Assembly: GCA_007120695.1 (NCBI GenBank)
Contig: SKND01000199.1
Coordinates: 1 to 55,072 of the forward strand
DNA length: 55,072 nt
Origin: Bacteroidales bacterium
GTDB taxonomy: Bacteria > Bacteroidota > Bacteroidia > Bacteroidales > PUMT01
Direction: 5' to 3'
Positions 29,519 through 38,691 of the stretch are shown in pieces; the stretch's first letter is position 1, and each line of letters begins with the position of its first letter. Made by a program: the position numbers and the translations under genes. A model generated the notes under the pieces. The model was not told the DNA's origin. It did no database searches and worked only from the letters and a program-made list of their open reading frames with translations.

Positions 29519-29552
29519 GAAGTTTCAGGCCGGACATTTTAATGAAGCTTTT
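29519..29552 (+). terminator. Stem-loop immediately after the peptide stop (attenuator or mRNA-stabilising hairpin)
   Basis: gaagtttca pairs with tgaagcttt (with G-U pairs) around a 15-nt loop and ends in a short T run. Confidence 0.4.
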
Positions 29553-29685
29553 AAGTATTCGCTTAGCGATAGTCTGATAATCCACAGGAAACCTTTGCCG
29601 GTTTTTTTCTGTGAAACAAGAGGCAGTAATAAAACTGACTTCACCGGTTGATACAGGTTTGTTCAATATGATCTTTTCCGGCAAA

Positions 29686-30996
29686 ATGGAACTATCCAGG
29701 TTTAATATTATATCGGAGATCAAAGATTCTGATCACTGTTTTATAATTAATTCCCTTTACGGGAGTGCTGATATTATAGACAAGGATACCTGCAATGCCC
29801 TCCTTACGGGGAAGGCATCGGGTGAAGAGTTATCTGCAAAGGGGTACCTGGTTGACCCCGAAAATGAGAAGGCCGCATTCCGGACAGCATACCTCAGGTT
29901 CATAGATGAAAGAGATAACGATGAGATCCAGCTCTTTTTTGTGCCGGGCTACAGTTGCAATTTTAATTGTTCCTATTGTTACCAGGGTAAATACGAGAGA
30001 ATGGCCGGGGGGCTGACCAGGGAGATAACAGATGCTTTCTTCAGGCATACTGACATTGAATTCGCAGGCAGGCGCAGGTATATAACTATTTTTGGGGGAG
30101 AGCCCCTGCTTAATGGCGGGCATCATCGTGAAAACATAAGGTACATAATTGAATGTGCTGCTGAAAGGAATATACAAATAGCAATAGTTACCAACGGTTA
30201 TCATATTTCTGAGTATATGGACCTGATGAAGAAGTCCACTATACGTGAGATCCAGGTGACCCTTGACGGGCCCCGGGAGGTGCACGACAAACGGCGAACC
30301 CTGAAAAACGGTGAAGGTACATTTGACAGGATAGCTGAAGGAGTAGAATTGCTTCTGAAAAATGATATTCCTGTCAATCTGAGGATGGTGGCCGACAGGG
30401 ATAATATTGACAGCCTTCCTGCACTCGCGCAGTTTGCAATTGACAGGAAATGGACATCCTGCGGGCACTTTAGTACCCAGATAGGCAGGAATTATGAGCT
30501 GCACGATTGCCAGGTAGAGACGACTGGACGGCTGTTTTCACGCATCGAGATGTACAGCGAACTTTACAGGCTTATAAAAAAGTATCCCCATATACTGGAA
30601 TTTCATAGGCCGGCTTTTGCTGTTTCAAGGGCATTGTATGAGAGCGGGGAACTGCCTCCGCCACTTTTCGATGCATGTCCGGGAACCAAGACTGAATGGG
30701 CCTTTGATTACCGGGGTAATATTTATGCATGTACTGCTACAGTTGGTAAAAAAGGGGAGGAGCTGGGCGTGTTTTTCCCCGAAAGGGAAATGTATAAGGA
30801 TAAGATTGAGGAGTGGGAGGAGAGGGATATTCTTTCTATAAAGGAGTGTAGCGAGTGCAACCTTGGCCTGATATGCGGAGGCGGTTGTGCCTCAGTGGCC
30901 AGGAACCGGACCGGTTGTAACGGGAGTCCCGATTGCCGTCCGGTAAAAGAGCTTCTGGAATTAGGTATAGCGGCTTATTTCCCTGAGGATTCTTAA
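29686..30996 (+). CDS. Radical SAM / SPASM domain peptide maturase
   Basis: CNFNCSYC, FGGEPLL, VTNG, QVTLDG...HDKRR...GTFDRI. SPASM cysteines: C(PG), GNIYAC, CSECNLGLICGGGC (CX2CX5CX3C), DC. An N-terminal extension (MELSRFNII...GYLVD) sits where an RRE is usually found. ATG 29686 is preferred over GTG 29611. Confidence 0.9.
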   Translation: MELSRFNIISEIKDSDHCFIINSLYGSADIIDKDTCNALLTGKASGEELSAKGYLVDPENEKAAFRTAYLRFIDERDNDEIQLFFVPGYSCNFNCSYCYQGKYERMAGGLTREITDAFFRHTDIEFAGRRRYITIFGGEPLLNGGHHRENIRYIIECAAERNIQIAIVTNGYHISEYMDLMKKSTIREIQVTLDGPREVHDKRRTLKNGEGTFDRIAEGVELLLKNDIPVNLRMVADRDNIDSLPALAQFAIDRKWTSCGHFSTQIGRNYELHDCQVETTGRLFSRIEMYSELYRLIKKYPHILEFHRPAFAVSRALYESGELPPPLFDACPGTKTEWAFDYRGNIYACTATVGKKGEELGVFFPEREMYKDKIEEWEERDILSIKECSECNLGLICGGGCASVARNRTGCNGSPDCRPVKELLELGIAAYFPEDS

Positions 30997-31073
30997 ATGC
31001 TGCTTTCAACCTTTATACCGTCAGGCAGCTATCTGTCGTAAATGATCAAATTGTATTACTAAAAATTTAAACC

Positions 31074-32342
31074 ATGCAGGAAATTAGCGCTAAAGAATTC
31101 GACGATGTTATCAGCAGCGAAAAACCGGTGCTGGTTGATTTTTACTCCACTGAATGTCCTCCCTGTGATGCACTGGCTCCTAAACTTGAGAGCCTGGAGA
31201 AACTTTTCAGCGAGGATGTAACTTTTGTTAAGATCTTCAGGCAGGGTAACAGGGATCTGGCTGATAAGCTGGGGGTCAAATCATCGCCCACCCTGCTTTT
31301 TTATGAGGATGGCAGGGAGGTGTGTCAGCGGCTTTCCGGAGGTATTAAGCGTTCTGAGATAATCCGAGAGATACGTCATGTGGCCGGCAAAGAAAAGACT
31401 GACAAATTACTGGCCGGTTTAAAGCCTGTTGTTACAAATACTGATGTGGCGGTACTGGGCGCCGGCCCCGGAGGACTCACTGCGGGATTGTACCTGTGCC
31501 AGGCCAAGATAGACACTACCCTTATCGACATTGCTTTGCCTGGCGGATATGTGGCTACAACCCATATGGTTTCGAATTATCCGGGTTTTATAGAGCCACA
31601 GCCGGGATATATGCTTTCACACAACATGTCAGAACAGACAAAAAGATGCGGAACCATATACAAGGTAGCCGTTGATGTGACTAAAGTCGACCTGGTCAGG
31701 AAAGAGATAGTAATTGATGATTACGAGACAATAAAGGCCAAAAAGATAGTTATCGCAACGGGTACTTCTCCGCGAAAGCTTAATATTCCAGGTGAGCAGG
31801 AGTTTATGGGTAAGGGTATTTCATATTGTGCTACGTGCGATGCCAAATATTTTGAGGACAAGGAGGTTATTGTTATAGGTGGCGGAAATTCGGCTGTTGA
31901 GGAGTCTGCATTTATCTCAAAGTTTGCGTCAAAAATTACTGTCGTTCATCAGTTCGATAAACTACAGGCAAACAAGGAGGCGCAGGAAAAAGCTTTTGCC
32001 GATAAAAAAATGTCGTTCCTTTTTGAACATGAACCCCGGTCGTTCATGCGCAAAGGTGACAAGATGGAGGTTGAAGTTGAGGAGCTTAAAACCGGAAAGC
32101 GTAAAGTGCTGACAGCCGACGGGGTATTTGTTTTTGTAGGACTGATTCCCAACCTTACGATATTTACAGATAAAATGGAGACTGATCAGTGGGGTTACAT
32201 AAAGGTAAATGAAGACATGCAGACCAGCATTGAGGGGGTTTATTCAGTTGGCGACATAAACAGTAAAAAATACCGCCAGATAACCACGGCAGTTGCAGAT
32301 GGCACGATAGCTGCCATATCTATTACAAAGGAGATGGATTAG
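31074..32342 (+). CDS. Thioredoxin / thioredoxin reductase fusion protein
   Basis: N-terminal Trx fold (VLVDFYSTECPPC...SPTLLFY), then TrxB: GAGPGG, NYPG, IATG, GISYCATCD, GGGNSAVEE, GD...QITTAVADG. Confidence 0.9.
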   Translation: MQEISAKEFDDVISSEKPVLVDFYSTECPPCDALAPKLESLEKLFSEDVTFVKIFRQGNRDLADKLGVKSSPTLLFYEDGREVCQRLSGGIKRSEIIREIRHVAGKEKTDKLLAGLKPVVTNTDVAVLGAGPGGLTAGLYLCQAKIDTTLIDIALPGGYVATTHMVSNYPGFIEPQPGYMLSHNMSEQTKRCGTIYKVAVDVTKVDLVRKEIVIDDYETIKAKKIVIATGTSPRKLNIPGEQEFMGKGISYCATCDAKYFEDKEVIVIGGGNSAVEESAFISKFASKITVVHQFDKLQANKEAQEKAFADKKMSFLFEHEPRSFMRKGDKMEVEVEELKTGKRKVLTADGVFVFVGLIPNLTIFTDKMETDQWGYIKVNEDMQTSIEGVYSVGDINSKKYRQITTAVADGTIAAISITKEMD

Positions 32343-32353
32343 CAGCGGGGTCA

Positions 32354-33022
32354 TTAGCCGGAATGGAGCTTTTGCAGGAGCAGATCCAGCATTTTTCCCA
32401 GTCCCCGATCCGGATGAACCTCCTTTACCGGTGACAGGCCCAGAAGGCTGGTTCTTGCTTTATTAATCATATCCAGGTTTATTTGCTTCCTGTCGCAATT
32501 ATTGCAGTAGCATAAAACAGCAATTGCACTTTTGAGGGTTTCTGATCTGACCCTGACCGTGCAGTTGGAATAACGGCCCGGGTGAATATGGATATGACGG
32601 CCCGGAATTTTACCGGGAAGTAATACCCAGACTGAGCCGTCACTAAGCGTGGTTGCCCGGTACGATGATCCGGCTGAACTGATCCATTGCAGGTATTCCT
32701 TTTCTCCCAGGATGTTTAGGCGTCTGAAATACCCGGTCATCTCCCTTGCAATTTGCTCCGGCGAGAGATAGCCTGTGTAAAAATCCATTTGCGAATTTCC
32801 AATTACAATGAGATCCTCCATGAGATTCAGGGCTGACCCTGATTCATTCACGGCATCAGGGTTTTTTGGCCCGGGTAATCCGGTTTTCCTTCCGGCAGGC
32901 TCTTCCCGGTTTCTGAAAGTCCTGATGAATTCAGCCACATACCCTGCATGATGCTTCAGGCTGCTGAACAGGAACGGCGCCGGTACATAATATTTAGATG
33001 TGATTCTTTGTGTTGAAAACAT
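32354..33022 (-). CDS. Hypothetical protein
   Basis: 222-aa ORF with conserved-looking LKHH, DFYTG, LSDGSVW, HIHIHPGR and LGLSPV segments. Function not recognised. Confidence 0.6.
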   Translation of the reverse strand: MFSTQRITSKYYVPAPFLFSSLKHHAGYVAEFIRTFRNREEPAGRKTGLPGPKNPDAVNESGSALNLMEDLIVIGNSQMDFYTGYLSPEQIAREMTGYFRRLNILGEKEYLQWISSAGSSYRATTLSDGSVWVLLPGKIPGRHIHIHPGRYSNCTVRVRSETLKSAIAVLCYCNNCDRKQINLDMINKARTSLLGLSPVKEVHPDRGLGKMLDLLLQKLHSG

Positions 33023-33085
33023 TGTTGGGTACTATTAATTACAATATTATAATTTATTTTTAACTTGGCGGCACAATGAATTATT

Positions 33086-33913
33086 ATGATACTTGGTATT
33101 GATATAGGCGGAACTACAACAAAGATTGCCGGATTCAAAAAAACCCGCGTATGCGGTGTTATATCTGTTCAGGCTGATGACCCCGTTACCTCAGCATCCG
33201 GCGCACTGGGCAAATTTACCGATGAATTTTCCCTCAGGCTTAAAGATATTGAATCTATTGCAGTTACCGGTGTAGGTGCAGATTTTCTCGGGAATGACCT
33301 GTTTGGCATACCCCTGAAAAGGGTAGCTGAATTCACTGCTATCGGGCACGGCGGATTGTTTCTGGCGGGATTGAATAAGGCCGTTGTGGTGAGTATGGGT
33401 ACCGGAACAGCTATGGTCCTGGCTGACGGCAGGGAGATCAGGCATTTGGGCGGATCGGGAGTTGGGGGAGGAACACTTATTGGGTTATCCCGATATATTC
33501 TGAATTCAACTGATTTCTGGAACATTGTAGATCTTGCAGGCGGGGGGAACCTGGGTAATGTTGATCTTAACATAAGGGATATCAGCCAGGTTGAAATGGG
33601 CAACATTCCTTTATCGGCCACTGCTTCAAATTTTGGTAAACATTCGGACAAAGCCACACAGGCTGACCTGGCACTGGGACTCATTAACCTGATTTGCCAG
33701 AGTATTGGAATGATGGGGGTTTTTGCCTCAAGAGAGGAGAAGGTTGACCAGATAGTTTTAACGGGAAAACTTGTCAGGCTCCCCCAGGCCGGGAAGATTT
33801 TCGACCGCCTGGGCAAACTGTTTGGAAAGAAATTCATTATTCCTGAATATGCCGAATACAGCACTGCTGTGGGATCAGCATATTCAATAACACCGGCAAA
33901 TGACATAAAATAA
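33086..33913 (+). CDS. Type II pantothenate kinase (Fumble/CoaW-like)
   Basis: GIDIGGTTTK, TGVGA, EF.AIG.G, SMGTGT, GGSGVGGGT, G...VDL...DI, ASNFGK, final A.G. Confidence 0.8.
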   Translation: MILGIDIGGTTTKIAGFKKTRVCGVISVQADDPVTSASGALGKFTDEFSLRLKDIESIAVTGVGADFLGNDLFGIPLKRVAEFTAIGHGGLFLAGLNKAVVVSMGTGTAMVLADGREIRHLGGSGVGGGTLIGLSRYILNSTDFWNIVDLAGGGNLGNVDLNIRDISQVEMGNIPLSATASNFGKHSDKATQADLALGLINLICQSIGMMGVFASREEKVDQIVLTGKLVRLPQAGKIFDRLGKLFGKKFIIPEYAEYSTAVGSAYSITPANDIK

Positions 33914-34077
33914 TGCTGTTAGGTTTTTCCGTTATTATCTCATCTGGTAATGGTGGTTCTGCCCGGATTAATAATCAAAAATAAGCTGAACAGCAACTGG
34001 TAGCTTCTTTTTGCGGATGACCGGGTTTAACTCAGGGAATGGAGCAATAAATAATATTATTTACTTAAATCTTTCAT

Positions 34078-34947
34078 ATGGAATTAAATGATTATACTTT
34101 ATCCAAAACTGTAATCGGCGTTGATATGGGTGGTACAAAAATCCGGGCCGGAAGGGTAACTAACAATGTGATTGAAAAAACTGCATCCGGTTTTGTGCCT
34201 AAAACAGAAAAAGAATCAGAAGTTACAGATGTTCTGATAAAGGTTATCAGAGAAGTGGCGGATGTGAATGTTGCCGGCATCGGTATCGGAGTTCCCAGCC
34301 TGGTTGATTCCGATAGGGGTATTGTGTACAACGTTCAGAATATTCCTTCCTGGGAAAAGGTTCACCTGAAGGATATTCTGGAAAAGGAATTCAATATACC
34401 CGTATTTATAAACAATGATGCAAATTGTTTTGCAACAGGTGAGAGATTCTTCGGGAAGGGAAAGGATTATGAAGATTTTGTGGGACTTGTTTGCGGGACC
34501 GGACTTGGTGCAGGTATTGTTAAAGACGGACACCTGATGCCGGACAGGAATTGTGGTTCAGGTGAATTCGGAGAGATCCCTTATCTTGATCATATCTATG
34601 AGTATTATGCCAGCGGACAGTTTTTTCAGCATTTTTACGGTGTAAACGGAGATGTGATGGCCGCTAAGGCAAAGGACAAAGACCCCGAAGCTTTAAAAGC
34701 ATTCAGTGAGTTTGGTATTCACCTTGGGAAAGCTATAAAGACCATCATGCTGGCAGTTGATCCTGCCGCAATTATTATGGGAGGAGGTGTTGCTGAGTCT
34801 TATGAACATTACAGAGATGCTATGTGGACAGAAATAAAGGATTTCCCTTATCCGGAATCTGTTGGAAACCTGGAAATACTGATTACCGATACCCAGGAAA
34901 TTGCCATACTGGGTGCCGCAGCCCTTTATTTTAATGCTACTGTCTGA
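34078..34947 (+). CDS. ROK family sugar kinase
   Basis: GVDMGGTKI, GIGVP, NNDANC, GTGLGAG, GEFG, GGGV, GAA. Confidence 0.9.
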   Translation: MELNDYTLSKTVIGVDMGGTKIRAGRVTNNVIEKTASGFVPKTEKESEVTDVLIKVIREVADVNVAGIGIGVPSLVDSDRGIVYNVQNIPSWEKVHLKDILEKEFNIPVFINNDANCFATGERFFGKGKDYEDFVGLVCGTGLGAGIVKDGHLMPDRNCGSGEFGEIPYLDHIYEYYASGQFFQHFYGVNGDVMAAKAKDKDPEALKAFSEFGIHLGKAIKTIMLAVDPAAIIMGGGVAESYEHYRDAMWTEIKDFPYPESVGNLEILITDTQEIAILGAAALYFNATV

Positions 34948-34990
34948 TGTTTTTGATCGTTTGGGAAAAGCTGAACTTGCAGTTTTGTTA

Positions 34991-36007
34991 TCAGCCGGCA
35001 GCTTCATTGCCGATTTTTCTGGCCCTTTCAGGTTTGTCAAGGTCAATACCCAGTTCAATGCCAGATTCAACCAGCAGATTCCATCCCGCAGCCAGTTTTA
35101 TGTAGGGTTCCATTACCGGACCTGCATCAGGAATGGTCAATGTGTGGAAAGGTGTGGAGCCCGATGAAAGTGCAATAACCGGAGTTCCGATACCTTCGGT
35201 ATAAACAGACCGTACCTTTTCAAATTCATCAGGATAGGCATCAACCATTATTATCACATCTCCGGATGAAATAACCTCCTCTACTCCATGAAGCAAATAG
35301 GTTCCGGGAAGGTAGGACGATCGCTTCCTTATTATTTCGTTGGTTTTAAGAGCAAGCTCTTCGGCAACACCATTATTGTTTCCTGAAAAATATACCGTTT
35401 GTGCTTTGTTCACAAGCCCTGTTATCTCTTTTTTTACCTGCTCATTCAAAGCTTGTTCAAAGGCCTTTGCCAGGAGGGCCTTCTGGATTTCGTATTTGCT
35501 TTGCGAACCGGTAAGTAATGCATCATAATATAGCGCCTGTGCAACAACCGATTTGGTTGCAGCCACGGCTTTCTCTGCACCTGCATCTATTATTGATGTC
35601 CTGGTTGTGTATTTTTCAAGAAGTGAACCGGCGTTACAGGTTAGACCGTACAGGTGTTTATGTCCTGAATCCTTCAGTTTCTTGAAAAGATTTATTAACT
35701 CCTTTGTCCGGCCCGAGTTGGATGCACCTATCACTACAAATTTTTCAAGGTTCATGCCGGCAAGGTCAGTTGAGCTTTCAGTCATGAAAAGCGGGCCACC
35801 TCCATACATCAACCTGTGATGCACCGTATTTTTTGCAGGAAATATCCTGCTGCTTCCTTCACCGGTAAGAATGATTGGCATATCCGGTGGTAATTCCGAA
35901 ATAAGCTCCTTTGCCGGTGTATTGTTGTGGTTTCTGATGTAATCGATTGCCTCGTACATTTCAGTAACCAAATGGTAACGGTTATACCTGTTCTCGCTAA
36001 GGATCAT
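34991..36007 (-). CDS. SIS-domain sugar-phosphate isomerase (GlmS C-terminal-like)
   Basis: TGEGSS, SNSGRTKE, EKAVAATKS, ELALKTNE, HGVEE, D.P...RKIGN. Confidence 0.8.
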   Translation of the reverse strand: MILSENRYNRYHLVTEMYEAIDYIRNHNNTPAKELISELPPDMPIILTGEGSSRIFPAKNTVHHRLMYGGGPLFMTESSTDLAGMNLEKFVVIGASNSGRTKELINLFKKLKDSGHKHLYGLTCNAGSLLEKYTTRTSIIDAGAEKAVAATKSVVAQALYYDALLTGSQSKYEIQKALLAKAFEQALNEQVKKEITGLVNKAQTVYFSGNNNGVAEELALKTNEIIRKRSSYLPGTYLLHGVEEVISSGDVIIMVDAYPDEFEKVRSVYTEGIGTPVIALSSGSTPFHTLTIPDAGPVMEPYIKLAAGWNLLVESGIELGIDLDKPERARKIGNEAAG

Positions 36008-36151
36008 GGCAGAAAAAAACTTTAATTGATTTTATGCATTTTATGAATCGACTTGCCGGAAAATGCTTTTACAAACAATGCATAATTTGCGTTGTCGTAT
36101 ATTGAATGCTTATTACCGGGTATGCTGCAAAATGGTCCCGGAATAATTATG

Positions 36152-36709
36152 TCATTTAATTTTTTTTACGAGGAAAACATCCTTGCCTTCTCCGTATCCG
36201 CCTTTTCGGTATTCCTCGATAAACTCAGGCTTATAATAGTCCTCCGGAACCAGTGCTTTTTCCCTGAATCCTGCCCTGGTATAGGCATTTACCGCCCTGG
36301 TGTTCTGCCTTGAGGGACGCATAAAAAAAGTGTGAAACCCAAGCTCTTTATGAAGTTTGTCCACCAGAAGGTTAATAGCTTCAGTTCCTATACCCTTCCC
36401 GGCATAATCGAGAGATCTCAGCCAGATATCAAGTTCTGCAATTCCTTCCTTAACATGAAATGCTGTATAGTAAATGAAACCTATCTCTTCTTTTTTTGGA
36501 GCAGAGATAATTTTATAGCATCTCCCGTTTTCCGGCTGGGTGCCGTCAAAGAAGAAATCCCAGTATTCATTGCAAAACTCTTCATAGGCGGGGATGGTGT
36601 CTTTTGTATATCCCTCAAGATTCATTAGGAAATCAGAAAAGTCAGAATGAAATAACCAGTTATAGGCTTTCTCCCTGTCTTCAATCCTCGCTTCAGTAAG
36701 TTCAATCAT
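36152..36709 (-). CDS. GNAT acetyltransferase (Acetyltransf_3/8-like)
   Basis: ELDIWL...GKGIGTEA...RPSRQNTRAVNAY..AGF. ATG 36709 is preferred because a TATATTTG box lies at 36731-36738 on the - strand. Confidence 0.8.
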   Translation of the reverse strand: MIELTEARIEDREKAYNWLFHSDFSDFLMNLEGYTKDTIPAYEEFCNEYWDFFFDGTQPENGRCYKIISAPKKEEIGFIYYTAFHVKEGIAELDIWLRSLDYAGKGIGTEAINLLVDKLHKELGFHTFFMRPSRQNTRAVNAYTRAGFREKALVPEDYYKPEFIEEYRKGGYGEGKDVFLVKKIK

Positions 36710-37000
36710 AGTTATAATTACTTTTGCCTCCAAATATAATGGAAAAATTTCTTTCAGGTATGCATTTGATCAATCTAAATATAAATCTGTTCAAAAAAAG
36801 CCGCTTTCTTGATAGGGTTAGTTGCATACTTTCCGGTCTATTATATACAAACAACCTGGAAATACCAGGAATAACAATTTGGGTGTATGGTAAAAGATAT
36901 TTTTAAAAGTAAAACCCGGGTTTCAGTACTAATATCTAAGTGTAATTTAATGAACAAATTGTCCGTTTATATTGTAAACTATTTTAATAGACCTAGTAGT

Positions 37001-37954
37001 ATGAAAACAATTGGAATTGCTTTGACCTTGCTGTTTCTACAGCAATTGACAAGCGCGCAGATAGAGATGCCTGAGATGATAGATACTCAGGATGTAAAGG
37101 TTGTGGATACAACCTATACCTACGAATGGAGTGAAGAAGTTGCCAACTGGGAGATTTATTCACGAAGCCTTCATTTCATAGACCATTCGGAACTTGTCAC
37201 CAGTGTTCTGACACAAAGGTGGTACAGTGAAGACAACAGGTGGGAAAACTTCGAACAGAATCTGAAGAACCATGATGAAAAAGGAAATGTGGTACAGTCA
37301 ATTTTGCAGCAATGGAATCGTGATGCACAGGACTGGCTTAATGTTCAGATGAAGACAACCACCTATGATCCCAGGGGTAATGAGGCCGAGATCCTGTACC
37401 AGGAATGGCACAGGCCAACAGCAGAGTGGTTTAACACCGTGGTTTACCTGATCTCCTATAACCATGACTTTGAAAAAAGTGAGGTGATTGTTAGAACATA
37501 CGCAGGAATGGAGAACACCTGGGATAATTATATGAGATTCTCTTTCAGTTACAGAGATGGTTACGGACCACCCTATGAGGTTAATGTTGAGACATGGAGA
37601 AAACCTGATAACAGGTGGCAGACTTTTGGCCGGTATAATCTGTCTTATAACCACAGAGGCAAGGTTACCCAGGAAACCAGGGCAACCTGGAGCGAAAGCC
37701 AGAGGGATTGGGTTCCCGGTGTAAGATATCTTATGTCCTACCAAAGGAACGATAAGACTGAAAATATAGAACAGAGATGGGACTATACAACAAGAAGATG
37801 GATCAATGCTCTCAGAAAAACTTTTACCTATGATGAGGAAACAGGAGAGCTTTCAGAGGAGACTGTATACGGTTGGAATCGTGATGATTCAGAGTGGTCA
37901 ATTAGAAACAGATTTCTATATACCGACATCAAGCCTGAGGGCATAGAAACCTGA
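37001..37954 (+). CDS. Secreted Trp-rich repeat protein
   Basis: Signal peptide MKTIGIAL...TSAQ from ATG 37001. About 9 repeats of roughly 31 aa of the form Y/HDxxGN....W......W.N. Confidence 0.7.
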   Translation: MKTIGIALTLLFLQQLTSAQIEMPEMIDTQDVKVVDTTYTYEWSEEVANWEIYSRSLHFIDHSELVTSVLTQRWYSEDNRWENFEQNLKNHDEKGNVVQSILQQWNRDAQDWLNVQMKTTTYDPRGNEAEILYQEWHRPTAEWFNTVVYLISYNHDFEKSEVIVRTYAGMENTWDNYMRFSFSYRDGYGPPYEVNVETWRKPDNRWQTFGRYNLSYNHRGKVTQETRATWSESQRDWVPGVRYLMSYQRNDKTENIEQRWDYTTRRWINALRKTFTYDEETGELSEETVYGWNRDDSEWSIRNRFLYTDIKPEGIET

Positions 37955-37984
37955 GATATCTTGTGATTAATATTTATAATGACC

Positions 37985-38014
37985 ACAAAGGCCGGCAATT
38001 TTGCCGGCCTTTGT
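37985..38014 (+). terminator. Intrinsic terminator (perfect 14-bp inverted repeat)
   Basis: acaaaggccggcaa-tt-ttgccggcctttgt followed by a T-rich tail, 30 nt after the stop at 37954. Confidence 0.85.
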
Positions 38015-38036
38015 TCTGTTTATAATTAGTATTTCT

Positions 38037-38044
38037 TAAATTTG
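38037..38044 (+). promoter_or_regulatory. Bacteroidota -7 box TAAATTTG
   Basis: Exact TAnnTTTG match upstream of the GroES-like gene. Confidence 0.5.
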
Positions 38045-38118
38045 CCTGTTAAGGATTATACTTTATCACCATGAGTTCGACCGGGAAATTACCCGGGAAT
38101 TTTAAATGTAAATAGCCG

Positions 38119-38502
38119 ATGTCTATTTTTCTTGATAATCAAGATGTTGAGAAATTCATTGTAATTGGAGACCGGGTCCTTCTCAAGCCCAAAAGTCCCC
38201 AGCAAAAAACCAGGTCAGGACTCTTTCTGCCACCAGGATTTGAGGATAAACAGAAGGTTAGTTGCGGCTATGTCATTAAATCCGGACCCGGCTATCCAAT
38301 ACCGTCCCAGCAGGAAGCTGAGGAACCATGGAAGAAAAATAATGAAAAACAGAACTACTTTCCATTACAGGTAAAAACAGGCGATCTGGCCGTTTTCCTG
38401 CAGGAAAATTCTTATTTGATAGAGTTTAATAAGGAAAAGTATGTAATTGTTCCTCATTCAGCAATCCTCATGGTAATAAGGGATGAAGATATGGTGGAGT
38501 AG
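38119..38502 (+). CDS. Co-chaperonin GroES family paralog (no adjacent groEL)
   Basis: GDRVLLKP...TRSGLFLP...G.VIKSGPG...VKTGD...Y.IV...AIL. Insertion after GPG. Confidence 0.8.
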   Translation: MSIFLDNQDVEKFIVIGDRVLLKPKSPQQKTRSGLFLPPGFEDKQKVSCGYVIKSGPGYPIPSQQEAEEPWKKNNEKQNYFPLQVKTGDLAVFLQENSYLIEFNKEKYVIVPHSAILMVIRDEDMVE

Positions 38503-38691
38503 ATTTCTTCTGACTCCTTTATCAGACATGTAAACATAACCAACAGGAATTTGTTATGATATATAAATATATTGACTGTATGACATGATGATTTCGTGAG
38601 ACTTTACTATCATGGATGATTCATGAGTTGATAAACAGGATTAAAATTTGATTTATTACGCAGATATTATTATCAACCTTATTAGACATTT

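Noticed and set aside
29516-29542. Selenocysteine read-through of the peptide TGA (would give ...GCHD-U-EVSGRTF*)
   Set aside because: A hairpin follows the TGA, but its loop is large and closer than in typical bacterial SECIS elements. The extension is short, and no sel genes are in the window. It is more simply a terminator or stabiliser. Homolog alignment would settle it.
33169-33906. Long antisense ORFs (245 aa here; also 29830-30504, 46734-47315, 52220-52837)
   Set aside because: They lie opposite well-supported genes and have no recognisable motifs, so they are shadow ORFs.
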